Source: Bryobacterales bacterium (GTDB lineage: Bacteria; Acidobacteriota; Terriglobia; Bryobacterales; UBA6623). From it: a stretch of DNA of 64,000 nt. The notes beneath the pieces were generated by a model. The model saw only the letters and a list, made by a program, of their open reading frames with translations, made no database searches and was not told where the DNA came from. Made by a program: the position numbers and the translations under genes. The stretch covers positions 69,541 through 133,540 of the forward strand of contig JAPPMG010000102.1 of NCBI GenBank assembly GCA_028819215.1, read 5' to 3'. Shown here piece by piece: positions 15,666 to 26,938 of the stretch; the stretch's first letter is position 1; each line of letters opens with the position of its first letter.

Positions 15666-18197
15666 TCATCCCTCGTGGAGTACTTCGACAGGGTCAAGGC
15701 GAGATCCGATCCGGGCCGGATACAGCCCCGCGATGACGCTCGCGACAAGGATCAGGGTGGTAGCACCCAGCAATAGGCCCGACGGCCAGTGAAACTGTAT
15801 CGTCCAACCGAAAGATTGCTTGTTGATTACCTTGATCAGAATCACTGAGAGCGCTCCGCCCAAGACGAGACCGATCATGTTCGAGAGCAGCCCAAGTAGA
15901 CCCGCTTGGGCCAGCACGAGCTGGCGGACCTGGATCTTCGTGGCGCCTAGGATCCGCAATACGCCTAGGTCAGTCCTGCGGTCTATGACCAAGGTCAGCA
16001 ACGCACCTGCCATGCCCAGAATCGCCACTAGGATTGCCACCGCCTCCAGCGCATATGTGATGGCAAAGGTTCGGTCGAACACCTCGTTCGCCCGTTCGCG
16101 CAGCTCGCGGTTGCGCGCGACCCGTACACGGCGGCCGGCCACAGTCTCAATGATCTTGGACCTAGCCGCTTCGAGATCGGAACCATCGGCGAGATACACA
16201 GCCGCGCTAGTCAGCTGTGGGTCAGGCAAGTAGTCCATCAGCACGCCTCGATGCCCGATGACGTAGCCTTGCTCGGCGGAATAGTCGTAGTAGACCGCCG
16301 CGACTTCGAATTCTTCCGCGCCGTCGCCGATCGGCAGAGCCAAAGTGCTGCCGACCTTGAGGCCATGCTTGTTGCTAAATGGCTCGCTGATGATCACGCT
16401 CTTGCTAGAGACCAACTGCCGGCACATCGTCGGTATGTCCGGTCCGTGCAAGATCTGCATCTGAGATCGGCCGGGATGCACACGGAAGTCTGCGAGTGCA
16501 AGGTTTGCAGGCAGGCCGCCGTAGCTGATCGAGTACCGACGGAACCGGTCCACCGCGTCGACTTCCGGCAACGCCTCGACCAGGCCCGCAACCTCCTCCG
16601 AGAACGTGGCGGAGTCCTCGGTACCGAGAGACTCCCCAGACCGAATGTACAAGTCGGCTTGCAGCTGGTTGCCCATCCACACAGACAATGTGTCGCGCAA
16701 GCTGCCAACCATGATCCCGACGCTGGCCATCATGGCGGTCGCAACTGCCATTGCTGCAACGATTACGGACGTACGCTTGAGAGATTGAGACAGGATTTGC
16801 ACTCCCAGCATCGGAGCCACGCCGAACAAGCGCAGCACCGGGCCTGTCATTCGTCTCAGGCAGAATCCAGCGACGAATGGCACGAGCATCGCAGCCGCCC
16901 CAATCAGGCACACAGCTGCTGCGAATCCTCCGTAGGGGAGCCGGTCCCAAGCTGGCGCGAAGCACAGTGACGTGGCTAGGCCGCCAAGCACTGCCGCCCG
17001 GATCGCCCACACGGTTCGCGTGGCTGCGACCGCATACTCTTCCCTGCCCTTCGCCATCGCTTCGACCGGTGCCACAGACGAGGCTTCCCGTGCAGGCCGC
17101 CAGGCCGCCAGCATCGAGACTCCGACGCCTGCAAGGCTGGCAACCAGGAAAGACTCCGGTCGGAACGCAATCTCTCCCGGCTGGCTGCCGACATAGAGCG
17201 TCGACACGGTGCGCCCCATCAACTCGACCGCTCCCACCGCCAGCGCTCGTCCTAGGACCAGTCCAGCCAGAGTGCCCACCAGCCCAAAGAGTCCGGCCTC
17301 GAGAAGAAATCCCCACTGGATCGTTCGCGCCGGCATGCCAAGTGCCCGCGCCGCCCCGATCTGGCTTCTCCGCCGCACGACCGACACTGAGATCGTGTTG
17401 TAGATCAGGAACGCGCCAACGATTAGCGCGATATAACTCAACACTCGAAGATTCCACCGGAACGAATTGAGAAGCTTGCGGTTCTGATGTGTCCTAGTGC
17501 CTGATGCACTTACAGCTGCCGCGGCCGGGACATGCTCCTTGAGAAGTGCCTCCCAGTCCGTTGGATCGTCGCGCGGAACATGGACATAGATGCGGTCAAG
17601 GAATCCGATCCGGTCCAGTAACCGCTGCGCCAAGGCGATATCCAGCACGACCATGCTGGCGACAGCCTTTCCACTGTCATCCGTGGCTCCGAGCAGACCC
17701 AGCACGGTGAAGGACTCGACCCGGTCGTTGATGGCTAGATCGATTCGCTCCCCTACTTGCGCCCCGACTGACTCCGAGATCCAGACCACGCGCTCGTCAT
17801 CGAAGTCGCTAACGCTGGGATTGGACAGGTCAATGCTGCCCAGCATGGTCTGGTCGCCAATCAGGTCCACTCCAAACAGCGGCAGACGCTCTCCTGTCGC
17901 CTCTACCGCGGCATATCCTTCGATGCGGGGTGAGAACCGCTGCGGCCCTGGCAGCCGGACCAACCCGCCGAACACGGATTCGGGGATGCCCCCCACTTGG
18001 GAGATCTCGTAGTCGGCGGTGCCTTGGAGCGATTCCAGCGAGGATTCGAAGGAACCAACAGATGCCTCGCCGGCCAAATCGATCGCTACGACGACAGCCA
18101 CACCCAATGCCACACACGCGGCGGTCAGCGCAGTGCGGAACGGCTCCCGAATCAAGGGCCTGCAAATCAACCGATACAGCAGCCGCAGTCGATTCAT
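15666..18197 (-). CDS. duplicated FtsX-like ABC transporter permease (MacB/YbbP-type architecture)
   Basis: Part of ORF 15666..18332 (-); start at ATG 18197 (MNRLRLLYRLICRPL...). Contains two halves. Each has an N-terminal TM, a large extracytoplasmic region and an FtsX 3-TM block (e.g. IGAARALGMPARTIQWGFLLEAGLFGLVGTLAG and LGVLRILGATKIQVRQLVLAQAGLLGLLSNMIG). Confidence 0.8.
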   Translation of the reverse strand: MNRLRLLYRLICRPLIREPFRTALTAACVALGVAVVVAIDLAGEASVGSFESSLESLQGTADYEISQVGGIPESVFGGLVRLPGPQRFSPRIEGYAAVEATGERLPLFGVDLIGDQTMLGSIDLSNPSVSDFDDERVVWISESVGAQVGERIDLAINDRVESFTVLGLLGATDDSGKAVASMVVLDIALAQRLLDRIGFLDRIYVHVPRDDPTDWEALLKEHVPAAAAVSASGTRTHQNRKLLNSFRWNLRVLSYIALIVGAFLIYNTISVSVVRRRSQIGAARALGMPARTIQWGFLLEAGLFGLVGTLAGLVLGRALAVGAVELMGRTVSTLYVGSQPGEIAFRPESFLVASLAGVGVSMLAAWRPAREASSVAPVEAMAKGREEYAVAATRTVWAIRAAVLGGLATSLCFAPAWDRLPYGGFAAAVCLIGAAAMLVPFVAGFCLRRMTGPVLRLFGVAPMLGVQILSQSLKRTSVIVAAMAVATAMMASVGIMVGSLRDTLSVWMGNQLQADLYIRSGESLGTEDSATFSEEVAGLVEALPEVDAVDRFRRYSISYGGLPANLALADFRVHPGRSQMQILHGPDIPTMCRQLVSSKSVIISEPFSNKHGLKVGSTLALPIGDGAEEFEVAAVYYDYSAEQGYVIGHRGVLMDYLPDPQLTSAAVYLADGSDLEAARSKIIETVAGRRVRVARNRELRERANEVFDRTFAITYALEAVAILVAILGMAGALLTLVIDRRTDLGVLRILGATKIQVRQLVLAQAGLLGLLSNMIGLVLGGALSVILIKVINKQSFGWTIQFHWPSGLLLGATTLILVASVIAGLYPARIGSRLDPVEVLHEG

Positions 18198-18457
18198 GGA
18201 GCCAGCCTTTGGGAACACCGAGAATGCCGCGCCCGTCCCTACAGCAGAAGTCTGCCGTTCCCTGAAAGGAATCGGCTCAGGGTTGAGTCGTTTACAGATG
18301 TCGGCAATGTGGCGCGGGCGATGGACACCCACTATGTCATACGCCCCTAGCTGCGGTGGCCGACCTGTGCTCAGACTAACATTCGCCTATAGTGGAGCGA
18401 GACTTGCCCCGCTTCGCGGCAGGACCGTCATTCGCTGCCGGGCACCTCTCCACGACA

Positions 18458-20455
18458 ATGCTACGCGTTGCCCGCTTGATTCGACCCGCGCACCGCAGCG
18501 CCAGCGTGATAGCGTTCGCATCGCTGCTGGCAATGGCCGCTCCGTGCGCCGAGGTCTCGTTAGACTTCGCGGTCGATCTATACCCCCGCCTCGAGGCGAA
18601 GAACTGCCGCGCTTGCCACAGCAGCTCCGGCGTGGCATCGGGCACGAGGCTTCAGTTTCCGGAGACCGGTGCCCCCGAAGAGGTACTCCAGCGGTTCGGC
18701 TTGGGACTGCATCGTCTCGTGAACCGGACGGAAATCGGCCAGTCCCTGCTGTTGCTAAAGCCCACCAACAGGATCCCGCATACGGGCGGCCCGCTCATCT
18801 CCGTCGATAGCGAGGACGAGCGCTTGCTGCGCCGTTGGGTCGAGTATCTGGCTTCCCTAGACCCCGAGAATCGATCCATCGAAGCCGCCCCGCAGGAAAG
18901 TCGCTCCGAACCCATCCGCAGGCTCACGCACTTCCAATACGACAACACCGTGCGGGACCTGCTTGGTGACGACAGCGGGCCGTCTCGCAACTTTCCCTCG
19001 GAAGACTACGTCAACGGCTACACCAACCAAGCCTCCGCGCAGGCAATCACGCCGTCTCTGGCCGAGTTGTACGGCCAAGTTGCGGAGCGGCTGGGACGAA
19101 ACGCCTTTCGGTTCGGCGATGAGCAGGGACTTCTTCCGTGCGAGCCCAGCGGCCCCACCGACCGTGGCTGTGCCGAAGCGTTCGTGAGCGAATTCGGTGC
19201 CAAGGCATTTCGCCGCCCTCTGACCGAAACCGAACGCGAGGCCCATGTAGAGCTGCTTCTCCTGTGGGCAGGGCAAGGCAACAGCTTTCTGTCCGGTGCG
19301 TCCGCCGTCATCGAGGCCATGCTGCAGTCGCCGCATTTCTTGTTCTTGGTGCCCAGCGCAGGCGATGGCCACTCCAAGCCTTTCGCGATCGCCTCACGGC
19401 TCGCTTACGCGTTGTGGAATGCTCCGCCCGACCGAGCGTTGCTTGCCGCTGCGGCCGCCGGCGAACTCGATGCCCGCTCGTCAGTCGAAGCGCATGCCAA
19501 GCGGATGCTGGCAAGTGGCCGTGCCCGTGAGACATTCGATCACTTCCTCTCGGAGTGGATGCGCTTTGATCGCCTGCTGAACTCGGTCAAGGATCGCAAC
19601 CGGTTCCGTGACTTCGGCCGGGAAGTCACCGAGAGCATGACTGAGGAGACTCGTCGACTCTTCCGGCACCTAGCCTGGGGCGACCTCGACTTCCGGGCGT
19701 TCTACACCGCCGACTACACATTCGTCGACGACTTCCTGACTAACGTCTACGGCATGCCAGATCCCAGCGTTCCGTTCGGCAAGACTGCCTACCCGGCGGA
19801 CTCGACGCGCAGCGGCGTCCTCGGACACGGCACGTTTCTGGCGCAGACAGGCAAGCCGATCCATACGTCGCCGACCGAGCGCGGACTGTTCGTCCGCGAG
19901 CACTTCCTCTGCCAGGCCATCCCCCCTCCACCGCCCGGTGTGGACACGTCTCTTCCTCCGCTGACTCTAGGCGAGCGCCCCATGACGGTCCGCGAGACGA
20001 TGGAAAAATTGCACGCTTCGCAGCCGGTCTGCGCGTCCTGTCACAAGCTGGTGGACCCGATTGGCTACGGATTCGAGCACTTCGACACTGTAGGGGCATA
20101 TCGCGAGCTCGAGCCGGTACGCATCGAGCCCACTCCCCAGCAGGAGCGCGAAGGCGCCAAGCCGACCGACCATTCGCTACCGATCGATTCGACCGGGTTC
20201 ATTGCGGGCATCGCCGATTCAGAATTCCAGACGCCGCGAGACGTCGGCCGCATACTGGCGCAGTCGCCGATCTGCCAGAAATGCGTTGTCAGACAGCTTT
20301 TCCGCTATTTGTTCGGGCGATCTGAGGCAGCCCGTGATGCGCGCGTCATCGAACGCGCCTATAATCGATTCGTACAATCGGGTTTCGTCTTCCGGGAACT
20401 GGTCTTGGGACTGGTGGTCTCGGAAGAGTTCCTCGCAACCGACTGGAGCGATTGA
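18458..20455 (+). CDS. DUF1592/DUF1588-family (planctomycete PSD/PSCyt-type) protein with two CxxCH haem-binding motifs
   Basis: Part of ORF 18392..20455 (+); ATG 18458 gives a signal-like N-terminus. CRACH at 18605-18619 and [19 protein letters not shown] at 20030 onward. Overall pattern ([12 protein letters not shown]..., PHFLFL, ...YLFGR) fits this family, recalled from memory. Confidence 0.75.
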   Translation: MLRVARLIRPAHRSASVIAFASLLAMAAPCAEVSLDFAVDLYPRLEAKNCRACHSSSGVASGTRLQFPETGAPEEVLQRFGLGLHRLVNRTEIGQSLLLLKPTNRIPHTGGPLISVDSEDERLLRRWVEYLASLDPENRSIEAAPQESRSEPIRRLTHFQYDNTVRDLLGDDSGPSRNFPSEDYVNGYTNQASAQAITPSLAELYGQVAERLGRNAFRFGDEQGLLPCEPSGPTDRGCAEAFVSEFGAKAFRRPLTETEREAHVELLLLWAGQGNSFLSGASAVIEAMLQSPHFLFLVPSAGDGHSKPFAIASRLAYALWNAPPDRALLAAAAAGELDARSSVEAHAKRMLASGRARETFDHFLSEWMRFDRLLNSVKDRNRFRDFGREVTESMTEETRRLFRHLAWGDLDFRAFYTADYTFVDDFLTNVYGMPDPSVPFGKTAYPADSTRSGVLGHGTFLAQTGKPIHTSPTERGLFVREHFLCQAIPPPPPGVDTSLPPLTLGERPMTVRETMEKLHASQPVCASCHKLVDPIGYGFEHFDTVGAYRELEPVRIEPTPQQEREGAKPTDHSLPIDSTGFIAGIADSEFQTPRDVGRILAQSPICQKCVVRQLFRYLFGRSEAARDARVIERAYNRFVQSGFVFRELVLGLVVSEEFLATDWSD

Positions 20456-20457
20456 GC

Positions 20458-21771
20458 ATGCCGAGACGCGCCCTCCCACGCCGTGCGTTCCTAAAGGGGC
20501 TGGCCGCGAGTGGAACCGCCGTCCAAGTGGGCCTTCCGCCGCTGGCCTGCATGTTCAACTCATCGGGCACGGCCTACGCCGCCCGGAGCGGCGCGGGCCC
20601 CGACGGCAAGCCCGAGACGCGCTTTGTCTTGTGGTTCAACGGGAACGGTATCCCGGAGCGCTACTGGATTCCCCGCGACGAAGGGCCCGGCTATTCGCTC
20701 ACACCGTGCCTCGCACCCTTGGCGCGCTTGCAGAACGACGTCCAGATCCTTTCGGGCTTAGACAACCCTAACGGGCAGACGAGCGGGGTCGGCAACGGCC
20801 ACCAGAGGTCCATGAGCGCCTTGGTCTCGGGCTCGAAGTACACCGGGATGGGTGCAGGTTCGGCCTCGATCGACCAAGTCATCGCCGGCAAGATCGGCAC
20901 GGAGTCTCGTTTCCCGTCTCTGCAGATCGGGGTCTGCCGGGAGTCGTTTGGCTCCAGCATGCAGCGAAACATGAGCTGGAGCGCCAAGAACCGGGCACTG
21001 CCACCTGAGCTGGTGCCGCAGAGGCTCTTCGACCGCCTCTTCGGCAAGCTGGACGAGGGCTGGGTTCGCCGCAAGCGAAGCGTCTTGGACGTAGTGCGCG
21101 ATCAAGCGCAGAGCCTCAGCGGTAGCCTGGGACAGGAGGACTCGCGGCGGGTCGACGAGTATCTCACCTCGATATTCGACATCGAGCGCGCCATCGCGAA
21201 ATTCCCGGAGGAATACGCCGGGCAAGTCGACGAGCCCGAAGCAGGCGGCGACCCCCGCGATTACCCGCGCATCGCCAAGCTGCAAAGCGACTTGCTGGTG
21301 CACGCATTCGCATCGGGCCAGACACGGGTGGCGTCGTACATGCTGACGAAGTGTCAGAGCCTGGCGCGGTTTCCGTGGCTGGGACTGTCCTTTGCGCGCC
21401 ACCACGAATATTCGCATCTAGGAGGCTCCCACCGCCAGCGCCAGCAGGAGGTAATGCGCGACATCTGCCGCTGGCACGTCGAGGAATTCGCTTACCTCGT
21501 CGCGCGCCTTAAGAGCGTTCCGGAGGGATCGGGCACGCTACTGGACAGCAGCGCCCTGCTCTTCGTACACGAGCACGCCGAGGCGAACTCTCACAAGAAC
21601 AGTGGCGGCGCGGTGATCTTGGCGGGGCATGCCGGCCGACTCAATCCCGGCCACCACACCCGCGTCACCGGTACATTCGGCGATCTCTACCGCACTGTGG
21701 CCAGCGAAGTCGGAGCGCCACTCGATCACTTCCCGACCTCGTACGGCACCGTGCCAGCCGCCACGGCATAG
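20458..21771 (+). CDS. DUF1552 (HXXSHH) family protein with TAT signal
   Basis: Part of ORF 20452..21771 (+). The track start is a TTG; ATG 20458 gives [19 protein letters not shown] (twin-arginine signal). Contains HHEYSHL, resembling the family signature. Only 2 nt separate it from the upstream stop. Confidence 0.75.
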   Translation: MPRRALPRRAFLKGLAASGTAVQVGLPPLACMFNSSGTAYAARSGAGPDGKPETRFVLWFNGNGIPERYWIPRDEGPGYSLTPCLAPLARLQNDVQILSGLDNPNGQTSGVGNGHQRSMSALVSGSKYTGMGAGSASIDQVIAGKIGTESRFPSLQIGVCRESFGSSMQRNMSWSAKNRALPPELVPQRLFDRLFGKLDEGWVRRKRSVLDVVRDQAQSLSGSLGQEDSRRVDEYLTSIFDIERAIAKFPEEYAGQVDEPEAGGDPRDYPRIAKLQSDLLVHAFASGQTRVASYMLTKCQSLARFPWLGLSFARHHEYSHLGGSHRQRQQEVMRDICRWHVEEFAYLVARLKSVPEGSGTLLDSSALLFVHEHAEANSHKNSGGAVILAGHAGRLNPGHHTRVTGTFGDLYRTVASEVGAPLDHFPTSYGTVPAATA

Positions 21772-21790
21772 CCTGCGATCCGCGGAGCCG

Positions 21791-22900
21791 CTAGCGGATC
21801 ACTTCACGCGCTGGGTTTGCCGCTGTGAATTCCGAGGCGGCCGCCTCGGTCACGGCCGTGCCGACCGCAATCAATCGCCGCAGGCTGGGATGCTCGCGCA
21901 AGGCCGCGATGCTGCTGTCACCGAATGCGGTGAAGGAAACGTCCACCACTTGCAGCGAAGGCAGGGATGCCAGGGCCGTTCCGGCCGAATCGTCCAGGGA
22001 ACGCGAGTGCGATAGCACCACCTCTTCCAGATCGTCTAGGCCCCGCAGATTCTGAATGCCCTCGGAGGTCAGCAATGACCGTGACAGATTCAGTTTGCGC
22101 AGCTTGCTGAGAGCTGCCAATTGCTTGGCTCCGAAGTCGGTGATCCGGATCGCCCCGCGCAGCCGCGGAACCCCGGTGCTAATTGCCTCTACGTATTCAG
22201 GGCTGGGCGCTGCTAAGTTGAGCGATTCGAGCCTCTGCAGTCCTGCGATCTCGTCGAGGTTCAAGTCAGTGACCGTCACCGCCCAGACTCCGCTGTCGGT
22301 GACCTGTGCGCCGCTGAGATCGAGATGTTGCAACTGCCTCAGCGATCTCAGGCTCGTTATGCCGGGTTCGCCGATCTTGTTGCCGCCAATCGCCAGCCCC
22401 TCGAGGTTGGGCAACGCTTCAAGCAGGCCGACGGACGCATCGCTGATTTCCGTGATCCCGATGTCGAGGACTTCCAAGGTCTTGATCTCGGTCAAGAACC
22501 TCACGCCAGAGTCGCTGATCTTCGTTCCGCGAAGGTTGAGCCGCTCCAACAGCGACGCCTGGCGCAGGAGCGAAGCACCTGCGTCGGTGATGTGCTCGCA
22601 GAAAAACAGGTCCAATTCGCGGAGTGCGGGCAGCGATGCGACAACTTCGAGGACGCTGTCGCTGACGTGCGTCTGAGCCAGCTTCAGACTGGCTAAGCTC
22701 GCGGCCCCTTCCAGGCTTCGCAAGTCGGCGTCGGTAACCCAGCTCCGGCTCAGGTCGATGGTCTGCAGATCGCCCGCGGAATTCCGTTCCACGGCACCGC
22801 CCATGTCCAGCACCCAGGCTTCGATGTCTGCGTGCGGAAGGGATTCCGCGGACAGAATGCAGCCCGGGAGAGCGGCAAGGATGCACAAGCGGAGACGCAT
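21791..22900 (-). CDS. secreted leucine-rich repeat (LRR) protein, one module
   Basis: Part of ORF 21791..22945 (-); ATG 22900 gives the signal peptide MRLRLCILAALPGCILSAES. Consists of successive ~24-residue LRR units (L..L.L..T.VSD.GL..L..L..). Confidence 0.8.
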   Translation of the reverse strand: MRLRLCILAALPGCILSAESLPHADIEAWVLDMGGAVERNSAGDLQTIDLSRSWVTDADLRSLEGAASLASLKLAQTHVSDSVLEVVASLPALRELDLFFCEHITDAGASLLRQASLLERLNLRGTKISDSGVRFLTEIKTLEVLDIGITEISDASVGLLEALPNLEGLAIGGNKIGEPGITSLRSLRQLQHLDLSGAQVTDSGVWAVTVTDLNLDEIAGLQRLESLNLAAPSPEYVEAISTGVPRLRGAIRITDFGAKQLAALSKLRKLNLSRSLLTSEGIQNLRGLDDLEEVVLSHSRSLDDSAGTALASLPSLQVVDVSFTAFGDSSIAALREHPSLRRLIAVGTAVTEAAASEFTAANPAREVIR

Positions 22901-22905
22901 GGGCT

Positions 22906-24918
22906 CTACCTGCGACGGGTGGGCTGGGCTGAGTCGCGTTCCCATGCGATCGTGCAGTCCGGCAATGCGCTCCGCAGAGACTGCATGCCGCTCTCGCTCA
23001 CCAAGGTGTGATAAAGATTGAGCGCGGTCAGATCCGCAAAGCCGCTCAACGTCTCGATGGCCGCGTCGTCGACATCCGTGTTGTCGAGGCTCAGCACTCG
23101 TAGATTGGCACTCGACGCCAGCGATGCTAGGCCGTCGGAAGACACCTTGGCGTAGTCAAGGCTGAGCCTTCGGAGCGTGCGTAGAGGTGCCAGTGCATCC
23201 GCGCCGGCATCGTCGACGCGAGTGTTCGCCAGATCAAGGTCTGAGAGTCCCTCAAGTTCAGCCAAGTGCCCGACCCCCTCGCTGGTGACATTCGTGAAGG
23301 CCAGCGAGAGCAGTCGCAGCCGCGGCAGGGACGCGATCGAGCGCACGCCCTCGTCCCCTACCCGCGTGCCTGTCAGCCTGAGCTCAGTCAGGCTTTCCAG
23401 AGAGGCAATGCTTGCGGCTCCAGGATCGCTCACTTGGGTGTAGTCCAGATTCAACGCCTCGAGTCGAGACAGCCCCGCGATCGATTCGAGGTCGGCGTCG
23501 CCGATCGCCGTTCCAGCGAGCGAAAGCCTGCGCAGGTTGTGTGAGGAAGTCAAGCTCGAGAGCCCCCTGCCTTCGACCAGAGTCTGATCCAAGACGAGCT
23601 CTTGGAGTGATCTCAGCTTTTCGAGATGGACTAGTCCGGAATCTGTAATGCGTGTGTTTGCAATCTTTAGAACACGTAAGCTCGGAAGCGAGGCTAAAGC
23701 TTGCAATCCGAGATCACTCACCTCGGTCGCGCTCAGGTCAAGATACGTCACGGCTGGAAATCTGGCGATGGGCCCCAGCACCCCGTCAGTGGCAGAGGTC
23801 GCCCTGAGGGAGATTGAGACCGTCCCATCAGCCATGAGTTCGGCATCGCCGCCCATCGAACGCGCCCACTCCAGCAAGCCGTCCAGATCGCCAACAGATG
23901 GTGCGCTCGACGTGACGGGCGCACCGGACGGCACACTATCGACGAACCGGATCTCCATTTCCGGCCGGGCCGAGCGCAGGTCAGCGATTCCCGCCGAAGT
24001 CGTACGAGAGTAACGCAGGTCGATGCTCCTCAACTTGGGCAGGGCCGCCAACTGCGGCACGCCGGCATTCGTGATTGGCGTTCGATAGAGGCTCAACTCA
24101 ACCAGCTCATGCATTCCGCTTAAGTGTCCGAGCCCCGCATCAGAGATCTTGGCTCCGCGCAGGTTCAGCATTCTCAGCCCGGTCAGCCCGGCGAGGTGGG
24201 CGACGCCTTCATCGGACAGTTCCAAGTCGGCAAGGTCCAACTCGACCAAACCGGAAAGATCGGCAAGGTCCGCCAGACCGCTATCGGTGATGTACGTGCT
24301 CCGCAAGCGCAGGGTCTTGAGGCGAGGTAACCGGGCAATATTGGCCAAGCCTTCGTCGTTCACATCGGTCTGCGTCAAATCCAACCGCTCGAGATTCTTG
24401 AATGCATCGAGGTGCGCCCCGGTCACTCGGGTCGATTTCAGCTGCAAGGAACGCAGCCGCTCTAGGGTCGTGATCTTCTCGATCGCATGATCGAACACTC
24501 TGATTCCCTTGAAGACGCTCATGAAGTGATGGCTGAGGTGCAGCGACTCCAACGACTCCATCCCAGCCAGCGCGGCGATCAGATCACTGTCGTCGACGTT
24601 GCCCAGCGTTCCGCAGCAGACGGGATTCCACATCGTGCCAGGCAGAGTCAGGCTGCGGAGTCCCTTCAATGCGCTGATTCGTTGCAAGTCCCGCGGATGC
24701 ACTAGCGTGCCTGTGAGGACTGCTTCGCGGACGGACAGAGGCCCGCGCGGCAGATCCGCAGCCGAGCGGATCTCCTCTCGGCTGCCCTCCAGTCTGACCT
24801 TCCCACCTTGGGCTAGGATCCAGACCGCAGCCTGCCTTTCATCCAAGGGCCGCTGAGCGGCGGAAGGCTGCCCGATCAGCAGGAATCCTGCCAAGAGAAC
24901 GAGGAACGGGCCTGTCAT
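22906..24918 (-). CDS. secreted leucine-rich repeat (LRR) protein, two modules
   Basis: Part of ORF 22906..25275 (-); ATG 24918 gives MTGPFLVLLAGFLLIGQPSAAQ. Regular 24-aa units, e.g. LKTLRLRSTYITDSGLADLADLSG. Its stop is 5 nt upstream of the next LRR gene's start. Confidence 0.8.
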   Translation of the reverse strand: MTGPFLVLLAGFLLIGQPSAAQRPLDERQAAVWILAQGGKVRLEGSREEIRSAADLPRGPLSVREAVLTGTLVHPRDLQRISALKGLRSLTLPGTMWNPVCCGTLGNVDDSDLIAALAGMESLESLHLSHHFMSVFKGIRVFDHAIEKITTLERLRSLQLKSTRVTGAHLDAFKNLERLDLTQTDVNDEGLANIARLPRLKTLRLRSTYITDSGLADLADLSGLVELDLADLELSDEGVAHLAGLTGLRMLNLRGAKISDAGLGHLSGMHELVELSLYRTPITNAGVPQLAALPKLRSIDLRYSRTTSAGIADLRSARPEMEIRFVDSVPSGAPVTSSAPSVGDLDGLLEWARSMGGDAELMADGTVSISLRATSATDGVLGPIARFPAVTYLDLSATEVSDLGLQALASLPSLRVLKIANTRITDSGLVHLEKLRSLQELVLDQTLVEGRGLSSLTSSHNLRRLSLAGTAIGDADLESIAGLSRLEALNLDYTQVSDPGAASIASLESLTELRLTGTRVGDEGVRSIASLPRLRLLSLAFTNVTSEGVGHLAELEGLSDLDLANTRVDDAGADALAPLRTLRRLSLDYAKVSSDGLASLASSANLRVLSLDNTDVDDAAIETLSGFADLTALNLYHTLVSESGMQSLRSALPDCTIAWERDSAQPTRRR

Positions 24919-25079
24919 TCCATGTCGTCGGCGGTGTAGATCGAGCGCCGCGCGCTCGGCCTCCTCCGCCCCGTCCAGAGCTATTGTAGCGGGCACATCA
25001 GGATCATTGGGCGGGATCTGCTCTGCCGCCCGATGTCCCAGCGTTCGGAGCTTGACTCCAATCGGTCCGGCCTGTGAGA

Positions 25080-26690
25080 TCACACGAGCTCGTGGCCTGT
25101 ACCGCACACGAACACTTCGATTCCTAATCTGCGGAATGCCGCGATCTTTCCGCTCAGCGCCAGGCGGGCTGCCGACAGATCTGGCGCATAAGCCACTTGG
25201 ATGTGGTTCGACTTGTGCCTGCCCATCATCCTGTCGCGGCTCACACCCCTTGTGATCGCGTGCATGATGGGCCACTGCGGAGTGGTGATGTTCCAGCGCC
25301 GCTCGGTCTCTTCCTGCGGCAACTCGACCACCTCGGCGAGGCCCACATCGGCCTTCAAGCGGTTGTCTTCGACGAAAATGCGACTCCAGACCACTTCACC
25401 CGGCTTGCTGATGCCCTTGATTGTGCCGCCGCCCAGCGGGAAGTACATCGGCGGTTGGCGTTCGCTGACGGTGCCCGCATACCCACCGATCAGGTGGTTG
25501 GGCGGGACGGATCCCGAAATCTCGAACACCCAGACGAACTCTTCCCGGCCGCGCACGGTGTAGGGCTCGCCATAGCGCAGATCGTGCAATGTGGTTTCAG
25601 GATCGTAGCCGAGCCTGTTCCACACGCGGTTCGTGACCAAAGCATCCAGGCCGGCACACTCGTCGACCTCGTTGAAGTGCGGCATGGCCTGGCCCTCGAA
25701 CAGCACACGACCGTCCGCGCTCATTGCCGGGGGCCGGTCTACGTTGTTGAGCAGGCCCTCGACCAAGTCGGAGGCCGGGCAAATATCCTTCAGCCCCTGT
25801 TGGTACTGGATACCGATGGTGTCGCAGCCAAACTCGTCGGCAATGCGCAGCGCCGCGATGTACATCTTGCACTGCAACAGGATCTGGGCATCCGTCAGGT
25901 CCGTCTCCTCGTTGGGGCCAGTCTCGAACCGCATGCCCTTCGCATCCAGCCAGTCCCGCACTTGCTGGGCTTCTTCGTCGCCCACCTGCCGCATGGCCGC
26001 CCACAGCGCGGACTGGCTGAGGCGTTCCTTGAACACGCCCGTCGGGTTGAGCAGGTGGTCGGGAATGATGGCGTTGTACATTCCCATGCAACCCTCGTCA
26101 AAGACACCCAAGATCGCGCGCTTGGACTTCAGCTCGTCGGCAACCTCGGTCCCGGCCAACATGGCCTTATGGGGCAAGATCAGGTCCTCTGCGGCATGCA
26201 CGTGCGGTGAGCGATGCACCACCGGATCGCCTTGAATCCAACCACTCAGGGCGCCCATGAAGAAGTCGTCGCTGAAGTCCTCGCTCCACAGCGTCGAATA
26301 ATCCACGCCCGCCTTCGTCAAGCTGCCATTGAGGTTGAGCATCCCGACCAGACCAGGCCACTGGCCGCTCCAGTTCGCCACCGTCAGAATTGGCCCCTGA
26401 TGGTTCATCAGGCCGGCCAAAATGTGCTGCGAATACTGCCAGACCGCCTCGGCGACAACCAGCGGCGCCTTGCGGTTAATGGAGCGGAACACTTCTAGAC
26501 CGCGCTTCTGGCTGTCAATGAATCCGTGCTGCTTGGTGGCGTCGTACTCGTGTGCCCGGCGGACGCTCCCGCCAGCACTCTCGATCGCCGCCGTCAACTT
26601 GGCTTCCATCTCCTGCTGCGCAGGCCAGCACATGCGGTTGGCGGACAGCCGGAGGTCGCCATTCGCAACCAACAGAATCTCGTTTGCCAT
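25080..26690 (-). CDS. L-fucose isomerase-like sugar isomerase family protein
   Basis: ORF 25080..26690 (-), no signal peptide. The C-terminal pattern ...[28 protein letters not shown]...[10 protein letters not shown]...RRLGIEV parallels the E. coli FucI C-terminus (AEGWSVELP...TWPTTWF...ANHGVL...IPV), recalled from memory. Confidence 0.6.
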   Translation of the reverse strand: MANEILLVANGDLRLSANRMCWPAQQEMEAKLTAAIESAGGSVRRAHEYDATKQHGFIDSQKRGLEVFRSINRKAPLVVAEAVWQYSQHILAGLMNHQGPILTVANWSGQWPGLVGMLNLNGSLTKAGVDYSTLWSEDFSDDFFMGALSGWIQGDPVVHRSPHVHAAEDLILPHKAMLAGTEVADELKSKRAILGVFDEGCMGMYNAIIPDHLLNPTGVFKERLSQSALWAAMRQVGDEEAQQVRDWLDAKGMRFETGPNEETDLTDAQILLQCKMYIAALRIADEFGCDTIGIQYQQGLKDICPASDLVEGLLNNVDRPPAMSADGRVLFEGQAMPHFNEVDECAGLDALVTNRVWNRLGYDPETTLHDLRYGEPYTVRGREEFVWVFEISGSVPPNHLIGGYAGTVSERQPPMYFPLGGGTIKGISKPGEVVWSRIFVEDNRLKADVGLAEVVELPQEETERRWNITTPQWPIMHAITRGVSRDRMMGRHKSNHIQVAYAPDLSAARLALSGKIAAFRRLGIEVFVCGTGHELV

Positions 26691-26938
26691 AGCCTACGAT
26701 TGTCTCAAAGTCCTCTAAGATCGTTCCCGCACGGCAGGTGGGGATGCCCCAGAACGTCCCTGCTACTCGAACACCGCCGCAGCCGCCTCACCCGTCCGAA
26801 CACGAGGTCTGCCGGCACTCCCTCCTGCAGTAGCGAATCTACGTGAGAATCCTCCGCGTCAACGGCAAGAAGGCTCTGAGATTTCCCTAGCGAATCAATG
26901 TGGGATACAGAGCGCCCGCTGGGCCGGCTCGCGGTTCC

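Noticed and set aside
21900-24700. Regular ~72-bp periodicity in the DNA, checked as a possible repeat array or CRISPR
   Set aside because: The periodicity is the 24-codon LRR unit inside two intact ORFs. Repeats are degenerate at the DNA level, with no spacer-repeat structure.
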